Shown piece after piece: positions 60,856-64,000 of a stretch of 64,000 bases of DNA; the stretch's first letter is position 1; each line of letters opens with the position of its first letter. The position numbers and the translations under genes are program-made. Source of the DNA: Cenococcum geophilum (taxonomy: Eukaryota); the NCBI GenBank assembly GCA_050273025.1, contig CP158635.1, forward strand, positions 16,430,001 to 16,494,000, read 5' to 3'. The notes below the pieces were generated by a model that worked only from the letters and a program-made list of their open reading frames with translations, did not search any database and was not told the origin of the DNA.

Positions 60856-61440
60856 CTATTTTCTGCATTTCCTCTTCAGCTCCTCTTCTTCCTCTTCCCT
60901 TAATCGCTGGTCAATCTTGGCACCTTTGCGTGGCTCGTTACCGTGCAATTGTACCCGTATGAACCAATCAGCGCCCTCCCAAGTACAGCTGTGCTGAGGG
61001 ACCGGTGGCCTAAGCCGACATACCGGTAATGTAGCATCCTCATGAAATCGTTGTCTCAAGACTCTTTGGATTTGGTTCATGTTCAAACCGCAGAACCCGT
61101 TAGTCCTATACGACTATGCTCAGGGCAGCACGGGGAAAATTACCCTTTCCTGACGCACGAGCTTGTTGGAGATAGGTCGTTGATCCTTTGAAATGATACT
61201 GTTAGTAAACAGTACCGCTGCCGGTGTCGCGTGATTACACAACGTTCTTGAATCGTTAGCAGGATGGCTGTTAGGCCTGGCGTCCTTGTATCGTTCCGCT
61301 GTGTTGATCTCCTCATTCCTGTATTTCCCCTAGAGGGATAAAAATATCAGAAACATAATGCATAGAATTAAAGGTGCTTGGGTCTCACCTAGTCGCCATC
61401 CTCATAGATGGACCGTTGACCGACGCTTGGTTCCGCTTAT
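60856..61440 (-). pseudogene. Pseudogene of a small conserved hydrophilic fungal protein (...NSH.ANDSKD.R.I.NKL...HGNEP.KGAKIDQ.LREEEE)
   Basis: Five exon blocks recognisable. Start CCACC-ATA, in-frame TAG at 61389-61391, four non-canonical splice sites and apparent frameshifts. Confidence 0.7.
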
Positions 61441-61888
61441 GGTGGAAATTTGGGATGACTGTTTAAGTTCGAATAGGAGATAAAACGAGCTAGATTTAGA
61501 GCTCAAAAGTTGGGTAATTGAGAGGTATTGCGTGGTGTCGAGAAATCGGTGCTGGGAATTTATGGAGCTCCACAGAACCTATGATGTTGTGATGAGTGCA
61601 CGCCTAAACTTGCTCACCCAGCAAACACCGAGCGCGAATTCCCCCGAGACTTTTTAGCAGCATCTCGGCCTACTCATTGTTTCATTTCTTCTTTAACATA
61701 AAATCTAGGAGGGTATCTGGAGCAAAGTGTGAAGGGAAATGTCTATCCTTCTATAACTTTCCAAAACCAAAACGCCTTCTAGCATAACCACCACAGCAAC
61801 CAGTCACCTAACAGCAACAGCATGCATGACCCAAATTAAAGAGTAAAGAAATACACAGAGAGTAATTTTGACGGAGGGAGTTGAGTCC

Positions 61889-63622
61889 TCACTCCATCTC
61901 AATAGTGCCAGGAGGCTTGCTAGTGACTGTATGGTTGTTAGTATACGGCCAGGGTTTGGGAATTTAGACAAAGACTCACCGTCGTATACAACGCGGCAAA
62001 CTCCACCAACCTCATTGACGATCCTCCGGCTCACTTTCTTCAGGAACTGCCCGTCAAATGGATACCAGTCTGCCGTCATGAAATCGCTGGTTTCCACTGC
62101 TCTCAGCGCAATGACTTGATCGTGCACCCTCTTATCTCCCATGACGCCAACAGCTTTGACCGGAAGCAGAGCTGCGAATGCCTGACTAATTTTACGGTAG
62201 AGCCCAGCAGCCTTGATCTCCTCAATAAAGATGTGATCCGCTTCGCGTGCGATGCGGACTTGTTCAGGGGTAACTTCGCCCAAGATTCGGATGGCGATTC
62301 CAGGTCCTAATTACGCTATGAGTTGACTTGGAGTAAGAAGTTTTAGAGAAAGACAAACCAGGGAATGGGTGACGCCAGACCAACTCCTCTGGAATCCCCA
62401 GATTCGTGCCGAGCTCGCGGACTTCGTCTTTGAAGAGCTCACGGAGGGGCTCGATGAGTTTGAGGTGCATACCGGCGAGAAGGCCGCCAACATTGTGGTG
62501 GGTTTTGATCGTAGCGCTCGGGCCTTTGAAAGATATACTCTCAATCACATCTGGGTAGAGAGTGCCTTGTAATAACCATTCAATCTCGCCAGCCTTCGAT
62601 GATCCAGCTGCTTCTGCGGCGATCTTCTTTGCCTCCTCTTGAAAGACTTCAATGAAGGTGTTCCCGATAACCTTACGCTTTTTCTCTGGGTCGTCCTTGA
62701 CTCCTTTGAGCAGGCCCAAGAATCGTTCGCTAGCATCCACGACTGTGAGGTTGATGCCCAAGTGCTTAGTCAGGGTTTCTTTGACTTGCTGCGCTTCGTT
62801 AAGACGTAGAACTCCATTATCGACCAAGACGGCATGGAAGCGATCGCCAATAGCTTCTTGCATCAATTTCGCGGCGACTGTAGAATCGACACCTCCACTG
62901 ACAGCGCCAATGACTTGACCCTTTTCTCCGACCAGAGCTCGGATCCTAGCAATCTCTTGATCGACGAACTTGCCCATAGTCCAGTCCTGTCTTGCCTTGC
63001 AAATATCCACGGCAAAGTTCCTGAGCAACTGTGTCCCACGAGGAGTATGAGTGACTTCCGGATGGAATTGAATGCCGTAATACGGCTTGTCTTCATGTGC
63101 CATGCCCGCAAATGGAGCATTTGAAGTTGTTGCGATCGTGACAAAAGATGGAGGCAGATTCGACAGTTTATCTCCGTGTGACATCCATACTTCCATATCG
63201 TCCTCAAGTCCGTTGAAAAGAGCGTCTACATGGATATCCTTGCCTGAATTTCTCTCAACCTTTAGAAACGCATGTCCATATTCCCGTTTCTCTCCTGCCA
63301 GCACGTTCTTTCCGAAATGCCATGCAATTTCTTGCAAGCCGTAGCAAATCCCTAGGATTGGAACATCAAGATCGAAAACGGCGGGGTCGACATGGGGTGC
63401 ATCGTCCCAGTAAACGGAGTACGGTCCCCCGGATAGAATAATCCCTTTTGGCTTCCAGGTGAGCTCGGAAAGCTTTTGGGTGCAGGGAAGCATCTCAGAG
63501 TAGACATTGAGCTCACGCAGACGTCGAGTGATGAGATGCGAATATTGGGAGCCGAAATCAAGGACGAGAATGGTGTCGAATGTCTTGTGAGGCTCGATCG
63601 TTAGTTCCCCGTTAGCAGCCAT
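61889..63622 (-). CDS. GUA1: GMP synthase (glutamine-hydrolysing); introns 62307-62358 and 61927-61979
   Basis: LDFGSQY, LGICYG, QFHPE, SGGVDS, KTHHNVG, RHPFPG|PG, and C-terminal [12 protein letters not shown] after splicing. Confidence 0.98.
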
Positions 63623-63851
63623 GTCGAGGATGTCTAGACTGGACTGGGGGCAGTATAAAAAGGGAATATGATGCGAGGAGGGGATGCTCACGATGCTCGG
63701 CTTTGACTCTTCGATTTTTTTTTTGGTGGAGCGAGGGGTATGCATAGGGCTGAAGATTAGAGTAGTGGACCGTGCGCTTATCCACCAGATTTTCATGCCG
63801 AAGCCATTGCAGGAGCCCAGGACTGATCCGTTCTAACTTACATCTTCCAAC

Positions 63852-64000
63852 ATGGTGAAACGGAAGCAGAACAGAGATTCGGAGACGTTAGAAGATGCGC
63901 CTCCGCGTAAGGACAAAAATGGGGAGGATGATAGCAGTGATGAGGTTGGTATTCTCTCCCACAGATGACGGATCGACTTTTGCTAATTCGAAGCATCTTG
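63852..64000 (+). CDS. First exon (63852-63944) and intron of a gene divergent from GUA1, probably BCP1/BCCIP-like; truncated by the window edge
   Basis: CCAACATGG start; MVKRKQ...GEDDSSDE then GTTGGT donor and GCTAAT branch. A basic-then-acidic N-terminus is typical of fungal Bcp1, but only 31 codons are visible. Confidence 0.55.

Noticed and set aside
63623..63796. N-terminal 58-aa extension of the GUA1 ORF
   Set aside because: Low-quality sequence crossing the promoter of the divergent gene; GMP synthase homology begins just after the Met at 63622.

Overview
Eukaryotic DNA from a filamentous ascomycete (short GT..AG introns with CTAAC/CTGAC branch points; Dothideomycete-like by inference only). 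It alternates between GC-balanced gene islands (about 8.3-15.0 kb and 52.7-64 kb) and AT/TpA-rich blocks of transposons inactivated by repeat-induced point mutation (RIP; 1-8.2 kb and 16-52.7 kb). The TE blocks resolve by eye into nested elements with matching target-site duplications (TSDs). A chimeric Copia contains Gypsy A (17608-40694). Gypsy A contains (i) a CGTCAGG-TIR element with a 2-bp TSD, which itself holds a Tc1-like element, and (ii) a full-length LINE, which holds an 8-bp-TSD TIR element and Gypsy B. Separately, a Fot1/pogo element contains Gypsy C. Genes: a membrane pepsin-fold protein with degenerate catalytic motifs, a Thr-rich repeat cell-surface protein, a conserved hypothetical protein, a DUF1295 protein, a PQ-loop protein, an SDR, GMP synthase (GUA1), the first exon of a probable BCP1, and two pseudogenes or fragments. 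The most striking hidden signal is a RIP-erased, intron-containing antisense gene in the 3' region of Gypsy C that de-RIPs to a Zn(II)2Cys6 cluster plus coiled coil. All de-RIP reconstructions were done by hand and no database searches were run.
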